Part shown: piece after piece, positions 12,240 through 23,784 of the stretch | Layout of the letters: every line of letters begins with the position of its first letter | How positions within the stretch are numbered: the first letter of the stretch is position 1 | Source of the DNA: Eledone cirrhosa | Taxonomy: Eukaryota | Assembly (NCBI GenBank): GCA_964016885.1 | Contig: OZ024743.1 | Coordinates: 364,374,001 to 364,438,000, forward strand | Direction: 5' to 3' | Length of the DNA: 64,000 bases | Notes under the pieces: model-generated | Databases searched by the model: none | Told to the model about the DNA's origin: nothing | Seen by the model: the letters and a program-made list of their open reading frames with translations, nothing else | Translations under genes and position numbers: made by a program

Positions 12240-12560
12240 ATTCATTTATTCTATTTCTGCTTTTTCTTCTAGTAGTTTTACAGTGCTGATCAAAAGAGTA
12301 GGAGAAACTGCTGTTGGCTAGGGCAGTGTTATAAGAGGCTGTCCTGTCAAAAATGGCTTTGTTGTCAGACCATCATTGCAATATAGACTTGTATTGAAGT
12401 CTGGGAATTTGCATATCCAAAATATATAACCCTACCAAATCTCATACATCTGCACTAATAAATGATCCCATGGTCATGGTGAAAGGGGCCAAAACACCTA
12501 CAGAGTTCCTTTACTGCCTGATGAGACATTAACTCCTGCATTCAGTGACAAAGTACAGCA
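12240..12560 (-). mobile_element. Penelope-like element fragment, apparently interrupted by the Gypsy element (other part about 7770-7830)
   Basis: 12300-12370 is similar to the Penelope segment at 41517-41590 (NKAIFDR..YN..LANSSFS). Confidence 0.55.
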
Positions 12561-12869
12561 GCACCCTCAATACCAAGTATTTATGTGTGTGGTTATACAT
12601 ACATACATATATAAGACTGCTCAGGGCAGATTTGGGCTCTGCTAGTCTTAGTCAAAGCAATCAGTATAAGAGAGCAGTTGCTTTGAAATAAAACTGACAT
12701 AGGACAAAGAGGACTCTTCAGTCCAGTCAAACAACCTCTCTAGAGCCAGTGGAATGATTAAATACACTGAGTTCATGCTATTAAGTGGTTGGTGACAGGA
12801 AGGGCATCCAGCCAGAAAGACTATTATAAACACAACATATAAGATTCCTACTAATTATGTATACAACCA

Positions 12870-15740
12870 GGTACAGAAGATAGGTAACGAATTTAGTGAG
12901 GAATTCAATGTACAGTCATATTAGTGCTGTGGCTAACATGGCCATATGCGAGAACCCCTCGACTGTCATCAAAACACTGCACACCTATATTACCTTCTAA
13001 GCACAGAGAACTACTACTAAAGAACCTAATCACCTCTGTCAGATAGCACTCTCAGGACTGCCAGTTTCAATGTGAGTACACTGAAAGGTAGATTTGGAGA
13101 AATTGTGGAGTTGCTTGAGAGGTGATGAGTGGATGCAAGTTGTGTTCAAGAGGTGAGATGAAAGGGGCCTATCCACAAGAATACTCGCAGGCAATCAATG
13201 TAGATATAAGCTTTTCTGGGTAGGTAATGATGGTGGGGTCGGTGGCATGAGAATTTTATAAGCTGTGAAGTGGATATATAAAGTTATTGAGATGATAGAT
13301 TTATCAAACTCTGAATTGTCATAGGCAATAGAATGACAACAATTATCTCTACCTATACACAGCAAGCAGGACTAAGCAAAAAACAAAAGGAATTTTTCTA
13401 TGAGGAACTTTTACAGACAATTTCAGTTACAGATGACAGAGACCTTATCATCCTCATTGGCAACTTTAATGGGCATGTTGGGCAGCATCAAGATGGCTAT
13501 ACTGAAGTACACAGTGACTATAGTTATGGTGCAAAAACTGGAAAGGAAATGAGGCTACTAGAATACTGTGATGCAAATGAACTCACCATTTACAACACTA
13601 ACTTCAGGAAACCGGCCAGCCACCTGAAATAGCACAAGACAAAACAAGAAAAGCAGGAAAATCTGGAGAAGGAAAGTATGGAAGCTAAAGGACATCTCTA
13701 ATTAATATAAGCTTTACAGGAAGAATATGACAAGAGAGGACAAGTGGAAATTTCTATGTGACAACCTACTACAGGCTACTAACAAGACATGTGGCTAGAG
13801 CAATGAACCCGCCAGACAAAGGGTACTCTGATGGAAGAACAGCACTGTGGATAGAGCAGTTAAAGAAAAGAGACAAGAATGGAAAGATTTGAAAAATGGG
13901 AGCAGCAAAGATCAATACCAGGTAGCTAAAAGAGAAGCTAGACAACAGGTATACATAGCATGCAAAGAAGCTGAAAGCAGGTTTGCTAATGTCTTGAGAT
14001 GTGAGGTGTTCACATCACTAAACAGCATGTCAGTGAAAACCAGAACGTTGTTGAGGAAAAATGTGTTTGAAATGACACAAATGTACTTAGCATCACTAAG
14101 GAAGAGACCTGGAAAAGCTCTTATGAGATGTTGAAAAATGGGTGGAAGAAAGGCTACCTCCATCTGACCCAACAGAGGGATTAGTTATCAAAATTGAGTT
14201 ATAAGGTCAAAAAAGCATATAAGGAAATGAAAAATGATAAAGCCACTGGTCCATCAAAGATAGTCACTGAGGTGCTGAAATATTCTGGGGAAATAGGAGC
14301 TGAATTAGTCACCTGCATAATACATGATGAGTCAATACCTAATAACTAGTACATTAGTATACTTATTAATTATTACAAGGGAAAAGGTGATATGCTAGAA
14401 AGGAACATCTACACGGGCATAATATTGATGGATCAAGTTATGAAACTGGCAGAAACAGTTTTAGCACAATTAATTAGAGAAAAGGTTAAATTAGAAGAAA
14501 TGCAGTTTGGTTTTGTGCCAGCAAAGAGCACAACAGATGCCCTTTCTTAGTGAGAAAACTATAAGTGAAGTCTTAGCTAAGCATTATCCACTATATCTAG
14601 CTTTCATGGACCTAGAGAAGGCCTTTGACAGAGTACCACAATCTGTCATCTGGTAGTTCTTAAGAAAACTAGGTGTAGAAGAATGGCTTGTGAAAGCAGC
14701 GCAAGCCATGTACAGATGAACTATCAGTAAAATGAGAGTAAGTAATACGTTTAGTGAGGGATTCAAGGTAACAGGTAGAAGTGCATCAGGCTTTGGTCCT
14801 CAGTCCACTATTGTTTATTATAGTTCTACAGGCCATAACAGACGAGTTTAGGGTAGACTGTCCATGGGAACCTCTGTATGCTGACTCTGTGAAAGAGCTA
14901 AAGAAGAATTTCCAGCTTTGGAAACACAATTTAGAGTCAAAATGGCTTAGAGTAAATGTGGGGAAAAGAAAAGTTTTGGTAAGAAAGAAAAAAGACAGGA
15001 CCCTGACACTATCAGGAAAGAGACCTTCCTTGATACATAGAAAAGGAGAAGGTAGAAACCCTATATGTACACAGTGTAATATTGGGTACACAAGGATAAC
15101 AGGCAGACTAACAGAAAAGGCAGAACTCGTATGTGGCACAGGGATAGTTGGTGAAGCTTCTGTGAAATAAAAGTTTTCCAATCCCAAGAAGTAGTTGATT
15201 GCTTCTGCTACGTCGTTAATTTAATCAGCAATAGAGGAAGTTGCACTGACAGCATAGTAGCTAGGATAGGCACAGGTAGCTACTACATCTGTTGACAACA
15301 AAAAGTTTCTCTCTACGAAAGAAAGGCTAGCTATATGATGCCTGTGTACAAAGTGAGATGTTGCATGGCAGAAACACATAGGCAATGAATGCAGAGAATA
15401 TGCAAAGGCTAGAGAGAAATGAAGCAAGCACCAATGGATGTGGAATGTTAATGTGCGTGAACGACAAAGCATGGATGAGCTAAGAGAAAAGCTGGATATA
15501 AGAGGAATGAGATGTAGTATGCAGGAGAAAAGACTGCACTAGTATGACCATGTGATGTGTATGGATAGTGATCTTTCTTTTAGAATAGCTAAGAAATTCC
15601 AATGAAAGGAAACTGCAGTAGAGGTGGTGAGGGCTGTAGCTCGCAGAAGAACTGCAATAATTGGAGGGATGCTGTGCCGAAAAAACACGTCCAACCCATG
15701 CAAGCAAGGAAAAACTGATATAAAGCGATAATGATGACAT
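12870..15740 (+). mobile_element. Near full-length but heavily degenerate RTE LINE (APE N-terminus to tail)
   Basis: LRTASFNVSTLKGR...CVQEVR, GNFNGHVG, DLEKAFDRVP and HQ..VLSPLLF; many stops. Confidence 0.9.
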
Positions 15741-16342
15741 TATACACAAACGTTATACAAATATATATCATTGAACTATATCGTTCTCCTGTGTTGTTTT
15801 TATTCGTGGACTTTTTGCATACATAAATATGTACATGTGTATATCATCATCGTAATCGTTTTTATTTCGACTGTTTCATTCTAACATGGGTTGGACTGGA
15901 TTTTTTGAGGAAATGTTTTACAGCCGGATGCTCTTCCTATATTAAACAGGACAAACACGGTATACATATATATATATATATTTTTTTTTTTCGCTAAACT
16001 CCGCCAGTTGCAGGCTGCGCGTCAACGAGATATTTTTCTCTACAAAGTTCGATCACCAACAGCAGAGTTTAAAGAGCAAAGATCAAGTCTAGTCCATAAG
16101 CTGACATGTATGTATATATATATATATATATACACACATACATATGCGGAAATATATAAAAATATAGAGACATTCATATATGTGTGTGTTATACATAAAA
16201 ATATACAAATATATATGTTTATATAAGTGAGTGTTGAATACGTGAATTGGACCGATTTGGCAAACATTTCTGAAACCGGATTTATTGTCAATGATAACAA
16301 AACATAAACATTTCTGGGAAGTGGAATATGTGATTGTCATAC

Positions 16343-16520
16343 CTGCTTATAAATAAAGTGGTGTTCATTCCATCCAAATATTGAAAATTACTATTACAAA
16401 CCTATATCGTTAATATGCGCCGTGTGTCGAAGGTACGAAATAAAATAAAAGATATAGCTCCATTGATACTAAAGTGAAATGAAAACCCGAAACGGAAACG
16501 ACGAAATGAATATGAGTTTG
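16343..16520 (-). promoter_or_regulatory. Possible promoter / non-coding first exon of the USP gene
   Basis: Unique sequence with local CpG retention and a CAG|GTATGA donor at 16343/16342. Inference only. Confidence 0.25.
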
Positions 16521-16631
16521 TGAATAATATACTATTTAGAAGACCATAGGTAGCTTCCTTTTAAGATATTTGAATTTAAAAAAAAAAGGATATATTTATT
16601 TCTATAGAACCTTGACAAATAAACACGCTTT

Positions 16632-16664
<33 letters not shown>

Positions 16665-16674
16665 AATATATATA

Positions 16675-16711
<37 letters not shown>

Positions 16712-16729
16712 AGTTGACGGACCTAGCAT

Positions 16730-16905
16730 AGGTATCACTGGTAGGGCCGTACACCAGGCTTTGCAGCATAGAGTTACGGCCCTTTACGATCTGAGTTCAA
16801 ATCCCGCTGAGATTAACTTTGCCTTTCATCCTTACGGGGTCGATAAAATAAAGTACCCGTAATGCACTGGAATAATTGCTGACCTTGTGCCAAAAGTAGA
16901 AACAA
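16730..16905 (+). mobile_element. tRNA-derived SINE
   Basis: B-box GAGTTCAAATCCC followed by the family body ttaactttgcctttcatccttacggggtcgataaaataaagtacc, which recurs across the window. Confidence 0.8.
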
Positions 16906-16944
16906 TTATATATATTTATATATATGTATATATATAATATTACC

Positions 16945-17160
16945 AGAAATAATTGTTTCTACTTTAGGCAAAAGGGGGAGGCGAAAGTCGATTAAATCGA
17001 CCCCAGTGCATTGCTGGTGCTTTATTTTATAGACCCCGTAAGGATAAAAGGCAAAGCTAACATCGGCGGGATTTGAACTCAGAACATAAAGGGCCATAAC
17101 TCTATACGGCAAAGCATGGTGTTTGACGTTCCACCAATACTGCCAATTCACCGCCCTAAT
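16945..17160 (-). mobile_element. tRNA-derived SINE (left arm of a large inverted duplication)
   Basis: Reverse complement of the same family. Confidence 0.8.
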
Positions 17161-17453
17161 ATTGCCCTGGTATTGCCAGAAATAAAAATAGAACAAACCC
17201 ACTGTTTGGTTTGGGTTGGTTTTCACTTCCGTATATTTTATATCCCTATAGTTAATTTAGGTGTGTGATGAAAGAACTTTGATAGACTATATATATATAT
17301 ATATTTATATCTATATTTTTTTAACTGTTGGTCAATCAATGATTAACATTGATTGCCAGCTAAATTAACTGTAGGGATATAAAATATACGGAAGTGAAAA
17401 CCAACCCAAACCAAACAGTGAGTTGTTTTTTTAATTATTTCTGGCAATATTAG

Positions 17454-17667
17454 GGCAGTGGAGTGGCAGTATCGGTAGAGCGTCAGACACAATGCTTTGC
17501 AGCATAGTGTTATAGCCCTTCATGATCTGAGTTCAAATCCCGTCGAGGTTAACTTTGCCTTTCATCCTTACGGGGTCGATAAAATAAAGTACCAATCATG
17601 CACTGGGGTCGATTAAATCGAATTTCCCCTCCCCCAAATTGCTGGCCTTGTGCCTATATAAGAACCC
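17454..17667 (+). mobile_element. Full-length tRNA-derived SINE with a 19-bp target-site duplication
   Basis: A-box-like TGGCAGTATCGG and B-box GAGTTCAAATCC; flanked by ATTATTTCTGGCAATATTA at 17435 and 17668. Confidence 0.85.
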
Positions 17668-17712
17668 ATTATTTCTGGCAATATTATAATAATATATATA
17701 TATATATATATA

Positions 17713-18222
17713 CTAGTCGAATTACCCGCATCTTGCTGCGTTTCACACATTTTTTTTTTGTAAGAAAATGATGATTAATTTTAAATCAGTGATATAATTT
17801 ATGGAGAAAAGCTCTGCATTTCAATATTACTCAATGTAAAATGTAATGCATGAAAAATTGGAAAACATTTTTTGTAATATATCAAATCAAAATTACATTA
17901 TTAAATCTGATTCTTATTTTGTTTCTTGTAAATAATTTTTTTCAAAATATCAATTCAAAACAAATATCAATTCAAAATTTGTCATTTACCTATGGTTTAA
18001 ATTTCATATAAATCGAAGGGAAAAAATTTACAGTGGGGGTTTGTGCCACCGGGGAATCCTTTGATTAAAATGAAATATACTTATCCAAGTACCCTGGGCA
18101 ATGTAGTTTCAGAATATATATGGTTATGGGGTCTATCTCCAAAACCATAGGAGGAGTTTGTAAACAAACAAACAGATATATAGATATAGATATATAGGTG
18201 AAAACTTTTTATTTAATGAAGA
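17713..18222 (-). mobile_element. Non-autonomous Helitron-like element
   Basis: The minus strand starts TC, contains (ATCT)/(GTTT) microsatellites, and ends with a GC hairpin (cgca..tgcg) and CTAG followed by T. Confidence 0.5.
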
Positions 18223-18599
18223 GTTGTATAAACAACATTACAAATAATTTAAAAAATAGAAAAAGGGAAAGGAAAAAAAACACAAGCAGGTAAATACATA
18301 ACATTATAAATAAAAAGGTTCACTTTGCCTTTCATCCTTACGGGGTCGATAAAATAAAGAACCAGTAATGCACTGGGTAATTGCTGGCCTTGTGCCTAAA
18401 GTAGAAACAATTATAAATAAAAAGAAATATAATAATACAATGCTTACAGAACGAAAGCACAAACAAATATAATATAAAGGAAAGGGAAAAGAAAAAAACG
18501 AAAGAATACAGAAGCGGTTGGCACACACATCTGAGACCACATACAACAAAAGGCAGGCAAAAGGGGTGGACAACTGAGCTGCTACCAGAGTAAAAGATA

Positions 18600-19315
18600 A
18601 CAGTATCATGGGAAGCAGTAGGAAACCTCTAATAATTTTTTAGGCAAACCAGCCCGCTTGTGACGTTACCTTGGGTGATGGCAAGGCTGATGCACTAGAA
18701 CAACCAAGTGCCCTCACAAGCTTCACCAGTTACCTCTGTTAGGTGAGTTGCCAGTGAAGATAGGAATCTCGCAGTCAGTAGTCTCAAACGTCACAGGCTG
18801 GAAAATGTAGTTGGCCAACAGATCACAGTATTTTAGGATTTTGTTCAGTTTGGCTGCGGAAGCTGGGCTCTCACACTAACCGCAGCATCCAGGATGCGGG
18901 AAGAAGCGAAAGAGTCACTAACTGTGATGTCCCAGACAAGGCATCTGAGGCACCCAGGCAGCAAGAAAGACCGTGGAGGCCTATGGAATTGAGGAGTTTG
19001 CTACATCGATACCTCAGTCCGTACAGATGTCAGCTCATACTCTGAGGGCAATGGAGACATGAAGTTCGTCCAAGCTGATTAGGCCACCAGTGTTAGCCAC
19101 AGATAGGGCATCAATCCATTCACCTGACTATTTGGCGCTGGCAGAGAGTAAGCGGCACCTTGAAAACTGATCCGACAGATCGAAGGTGTCCTTCGAACTT
19201 ATGCTGTCCCAAGCTCTCTTACTTCGACTGTCCTCCACCTTGTCAGGAACAGACAAGCTCAACTCACTCCATCATTGGAGAATTTCATCCAACTCCCTTT
19301 TGGAGTTAATCTAAG
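18600..19315 (-). mobile_element. CRE-like non-LTR retrotransposon fragment (RLE endonuclease C-terminus)
   Basis: Translates to CLVWDITVSDSFASS...KILKYCDLLANYIFQPVTFET, typical of CRE-type RLE domains; similar to 22930-23190. Confidence 0.6.
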
Positions 19316-19359
19316 ACCGCATACAACAAAAATGAGCTGCTACCAGAGCAAAAGATAAT

Positions 19360-19705
19360 CATCGTCATCATCATCATCATTTTACGTCCGCTTTTCCCTG
19401 CTTGCAAGGGTGGGACGGGAACTGATTCTGGCTTGATTTCTACAGCTGGATGCCCTTCCTAACACCAACCTCATTTACAGTGAGTGCTGGGTGATTTATT
19501 TTGCCGTGGCACCTCCACGACAGCTTTGCAGTGGAATGATATGGACCCCAGTCTCTATCATCTCATTTCTACAGCTGAGTAAACTGGAGCAATGTGAAAT
19601 AAAGTGTCTTGCTCAAGGAAACAACACATCACCTGGTCTGAGAATTGAACTCACAACCTTTCGATTGCAAGGCCAATGCTCTAACCACTAAGCCATGTGC
19701 CTCCA

Positions 19706-19706
<1 letters not shown>
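19360..19706 (-). mobile_element. tRNA-headed SINE with RTE-derived 3' tail
   Basis: Near-identical reverse complement of 35595-35922. Confidence 0.85.
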
Positions 19707-20239
<533 letters not shown>

Positions 20240-20240
20240 G

Positions 20241-20925
20241 CACTTTGCCGCACATTTCGAAGATTGTTTTTCGTTATTTCGTTATTTCGTGGGCCGAAGT
20301 TCCGATTCTCGATAATTTATTTGTATTTATCTCCAGTCTCTAGCTATTGATCAGTTAATTTTATTGATTTTTTAGTTGATCCTATTGACTGATGAATAGC
20401 TCGTTAATTTTAACCCGTCTGTTGAGAACTCTAATTCGATTTGTGATATTTTGTATTCTTACAATAATATACACAACTGAATTCATTCGTCTAATATAGG
20501 GGTTGCCTCCCTTGCTGGTCCCCACGTGGATTTAGTAACAGTCTTCCCCTGTATTATTGAACTAAAGGCCTGTTGAAAAAGTGACTTCCTTGTTCATCAT
20601 CTTACCAAAAGCCGTACATTTTTTATGTAGGCGGACGGTACCTGATTTAGGAGCCGCAGAAACCCAAATGCTGGATTTAACCATCTTTCCAGGGGGTCCG
20701 GGTAAATTTTTCATTCATATATATTTTTATTTGTTTGACCCGAATTTTCTTGGTCGTATTTTTGGCTGTGCAAATGATTGTTTAAGCATCGTCTCAGTGT
20801 GTTGGTATTAAACGTTAGTTATAGCTCTGGTTTATCCGAACCATTGAACACTTTGCCGCACATTTCGAAGAATGTTTTTCATTATTTCGTGGGCCGAAGT
20901 TCCGATTCTCGATAATTTATTTGTA
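20241..20925. mobile_element. Non-coding element of about 690 bp bounded by direct repeats of about 80 bp
   Basis: cactttgccgcacatttcgaag...gccgaagttccgattctcgataatttatttgtat at 20241 and 20849; embedded between (TA)n runs. Confidence 0.6.
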
Positions 20926-20959
20926 TATATATATATATATATATACATACATATATCAT

Positions 20960-21990
20960 TATCATTATCATCATCATCGTCCACTTTCCCTTCTAGCAAG
21001 GGTTAGACAGGTCTACATAGACTAAGTAAGTACTGAAGCAGAGCTACTGATCTCCCGGACAAGCCATTGATCTGTGTCTCACTTATGTACGGTTTCACAT
21101 TCTACCAAGTGCATAGGGAGGTTGTCATGTCTTTGACACAACTGATGGTCCTCCCATCCATTTGTGTGACAAGCTTTCTACGGATGCTCTTCCTATCACC
21201 AGCCACTTTACAGCATGTACTGGGTGCGTTTATCATATAGATCACCAACACTAGAGATGTTGCCACACCAAGGCATGACTGAAGTGTCCTCTCAAACTCC
21301 CCCTCCTTTTTTTCTCGATTTTCTTTCTCATGAAACTGAGAACACTCGGTGCCGGAAACGGGAGGTGTAGTGACGGAGAAATACTAAGAGTGGTGGGGAG
21401 GCATGCGTGGGTGCTGGGTGTAGCTATCAAGGTGCAATAGTAAGTGTATCTAAGGAGTTTAGGGGGAAGACAACAGCTAAAGAATGAATATAGGAGGGAA
21501 CATAGTAATGGTAAGGATAACTGCTAGGGAGCACTAGTAGAGGAGACATGAGTGGAGTGAGGAGAGTGGCTACCAGAGTATGATGGCGAGGGAGTCTAGA
21601 GACTTTTGAGGGGGCAGCGGGTAAGGGGTAAGTGCTGGGGGAATGGAAGCAATGTAATGATGCTGAGAATAGCTGTTAGCGAGTGCTAATGGAAGGTGGG
21701 GGGGGGGGGGGGGCACATTGGTTAGGCCACATTGTATGTTGCAGGTAGGGTCTTCTTCACAGCATTGCACCAGCCCTTACAGTCCTTAGTCATTCCTATT
21801 GTGAAGTTTAGTTTTATAAGGTCGGTCTTCACAGCCTCATCACCTGTCTCCCTGGGTCTGCCTCTTCTGTGGGTCCCAGCCACTGGGGTTTCCCTGCATT
21901 TCTTTGTGAAGCTGTTATCTTGCATGTGCATCATATGTCCATACCAACACAGTCTTCTCTCTTACACACTAAATCCAATTCCTCTTATGC
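20960..21990 (-). mobile_element. Degenerate RTE LINE 3' fragment
   Basis: HMMHMQD..KKC...RGRPRETW-like segment, 3'UTR and (GAT)n tail on the minus strand. Confidence 0.75.
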
Positions 21991-22479
21991 TTTGCAAGTC
22001 ACCGTTACCATCGACAAATGGCTAACGCAATGTGAAAACATTATTCTAGAAAGATAGTGTATCTGTTGTTCTGGACAGGTAGTGCGTATGTAAGAGAGAG
22101 GGGAATGCAGAGCCCCAGTATGGAGGCAGGTTGGCAGGAATAAAATGACAACATAGATAGGGACAAAATGACAAATTTCGTTTTGATATCTCTTCATATC
22201 TAATGCTTTCCTGTAATTTTGTCACCTTGTCTTCTTTTGTCATATTGTTATAAAGTGCCAATGAACTAGTTACTTGAGATAAACCAAGCATCACATAGTA
22301 GTTTTTTCCTCTCTATCCACAGAGCACATGGTAGTAATTCTACTTTTCTATCCACATACAAAACACAGATACATAGAAATATGTAATTCCCTCTACTACA
22401 GTGGAGGGAGATAGGTTTGTTAGTTCCTGATACAGAGAATAGACTGAAACAGAGTTTGGGATAATTTCCGCTCAAGAGA

Positions 22480-23200
22480 CACCTTCAACTTTCTCTTTAA
22501 TCAATTCTCAAAGTGTTGCCTTCTTTCCACGAGAGCAAAATTCTCCAGGGATTGGATTGATGCCCTGCTTGTAGCCAACATCAGTGGCCTACACATTCTG
22601 GATGAACTCTGCATTTCTATTGCACACAGAATGGGAGCTGGTGTCTATGATGGACTGAAATGTTGCTGTGGTAGGTTCCTCAACTCCACAGATCTCCATG
22701 GTTTGTTGTGCCACCTGAATGTTGGTCGTTTCACTCACTACCCAAACTAAACTTAAGTGGGCCTTGGCTCGGGTTATCACCTCAATTCTGGAGTGAGTTG
22801 CATTGTTGATGGGAAGCGAACAGGTGGTCTTACCCGATGTACCTGGGTGAGAGGTTGACATCTCATTTAAGACACCACAGTCAGTGACGCTTTTCCTCCT
22901 CCCCACATCCTGGATGTTGCAGTAAATGTGAGGGTCACTGTTTCCGTAGCTGAATGTAATAAAAATTTTAAATATCAGGAATTATCATCAAACTATTTTT
23001 TCCAGACTGTGGTGTTTGAGATGTTTGGAGGAGCTAAGCCACTGGCAACGAAGTTCTTACCATCGTTGATGGATCACCTTACTAAAGTATCAATTGATAC
23101 CCGTGAAGGTGCTTGGTTGTTACAGAGCCTTGGCCTTGCTATCACCCACAGTAGTGCTGCCAGAGTGTTGGCTTGCCTCAAAAAGTATTAGAGGGAAACT
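22480..23200 (+). mobile_element. CRE-like non-LTR retrotransposon fragment
   Basis: KNFKYQELSSNYFFQTVVFEMFGG...REGAWLLQSLGLAITHSSAARVL matches the CRE-type RLE C-terminus. Confidence 0.6.
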
Positions 23201-23784
23201 CCTTATTGTGTTTGACCAATAGTGTTGACTTAATATTGTCTTTCATTTTGATTCTATATTTTCATGTGAAATATTTAGGTAAGTAATAGAGATATATCTG
23301 TGTATGTGTTGAATGTTGACAGCTATGGCATTTGTGTTTGTAATTTCAAACTATCTATATGAAATTTTATTCACAGTTATATAAATAACATTACAAATGT
23401 TTCACAATTCTTTCAGAATGAAAATATAAGCACACATATATAAACACATATAATAAATATAATTAACTATTGCTAGGAACCTCACAAATATTCTTCTTCT
23501 TCTTGTTCTCATAGGGGGCTTATAGCTCGGACAACACACGCTGTCTTTTCGTGGGGGTAAGTTTTGATTAATTTTTGTATTCTGAAACATCAAAATACAA
23601 CAAAATTTTTGCTCACTACACTCGGGAAATATCCCAACAGAAGTTGTGGAAGTTACACAAATATTTTCATATATTTTCCCAGAGCAATCTTTATTTACAT
23701 TTTACATTTACTTGCAATCCCAATGCAACATGGTTAAAATTCAAATTTTGAAAAGAGAGGAAAACGGACAAATGCACTAGATAC

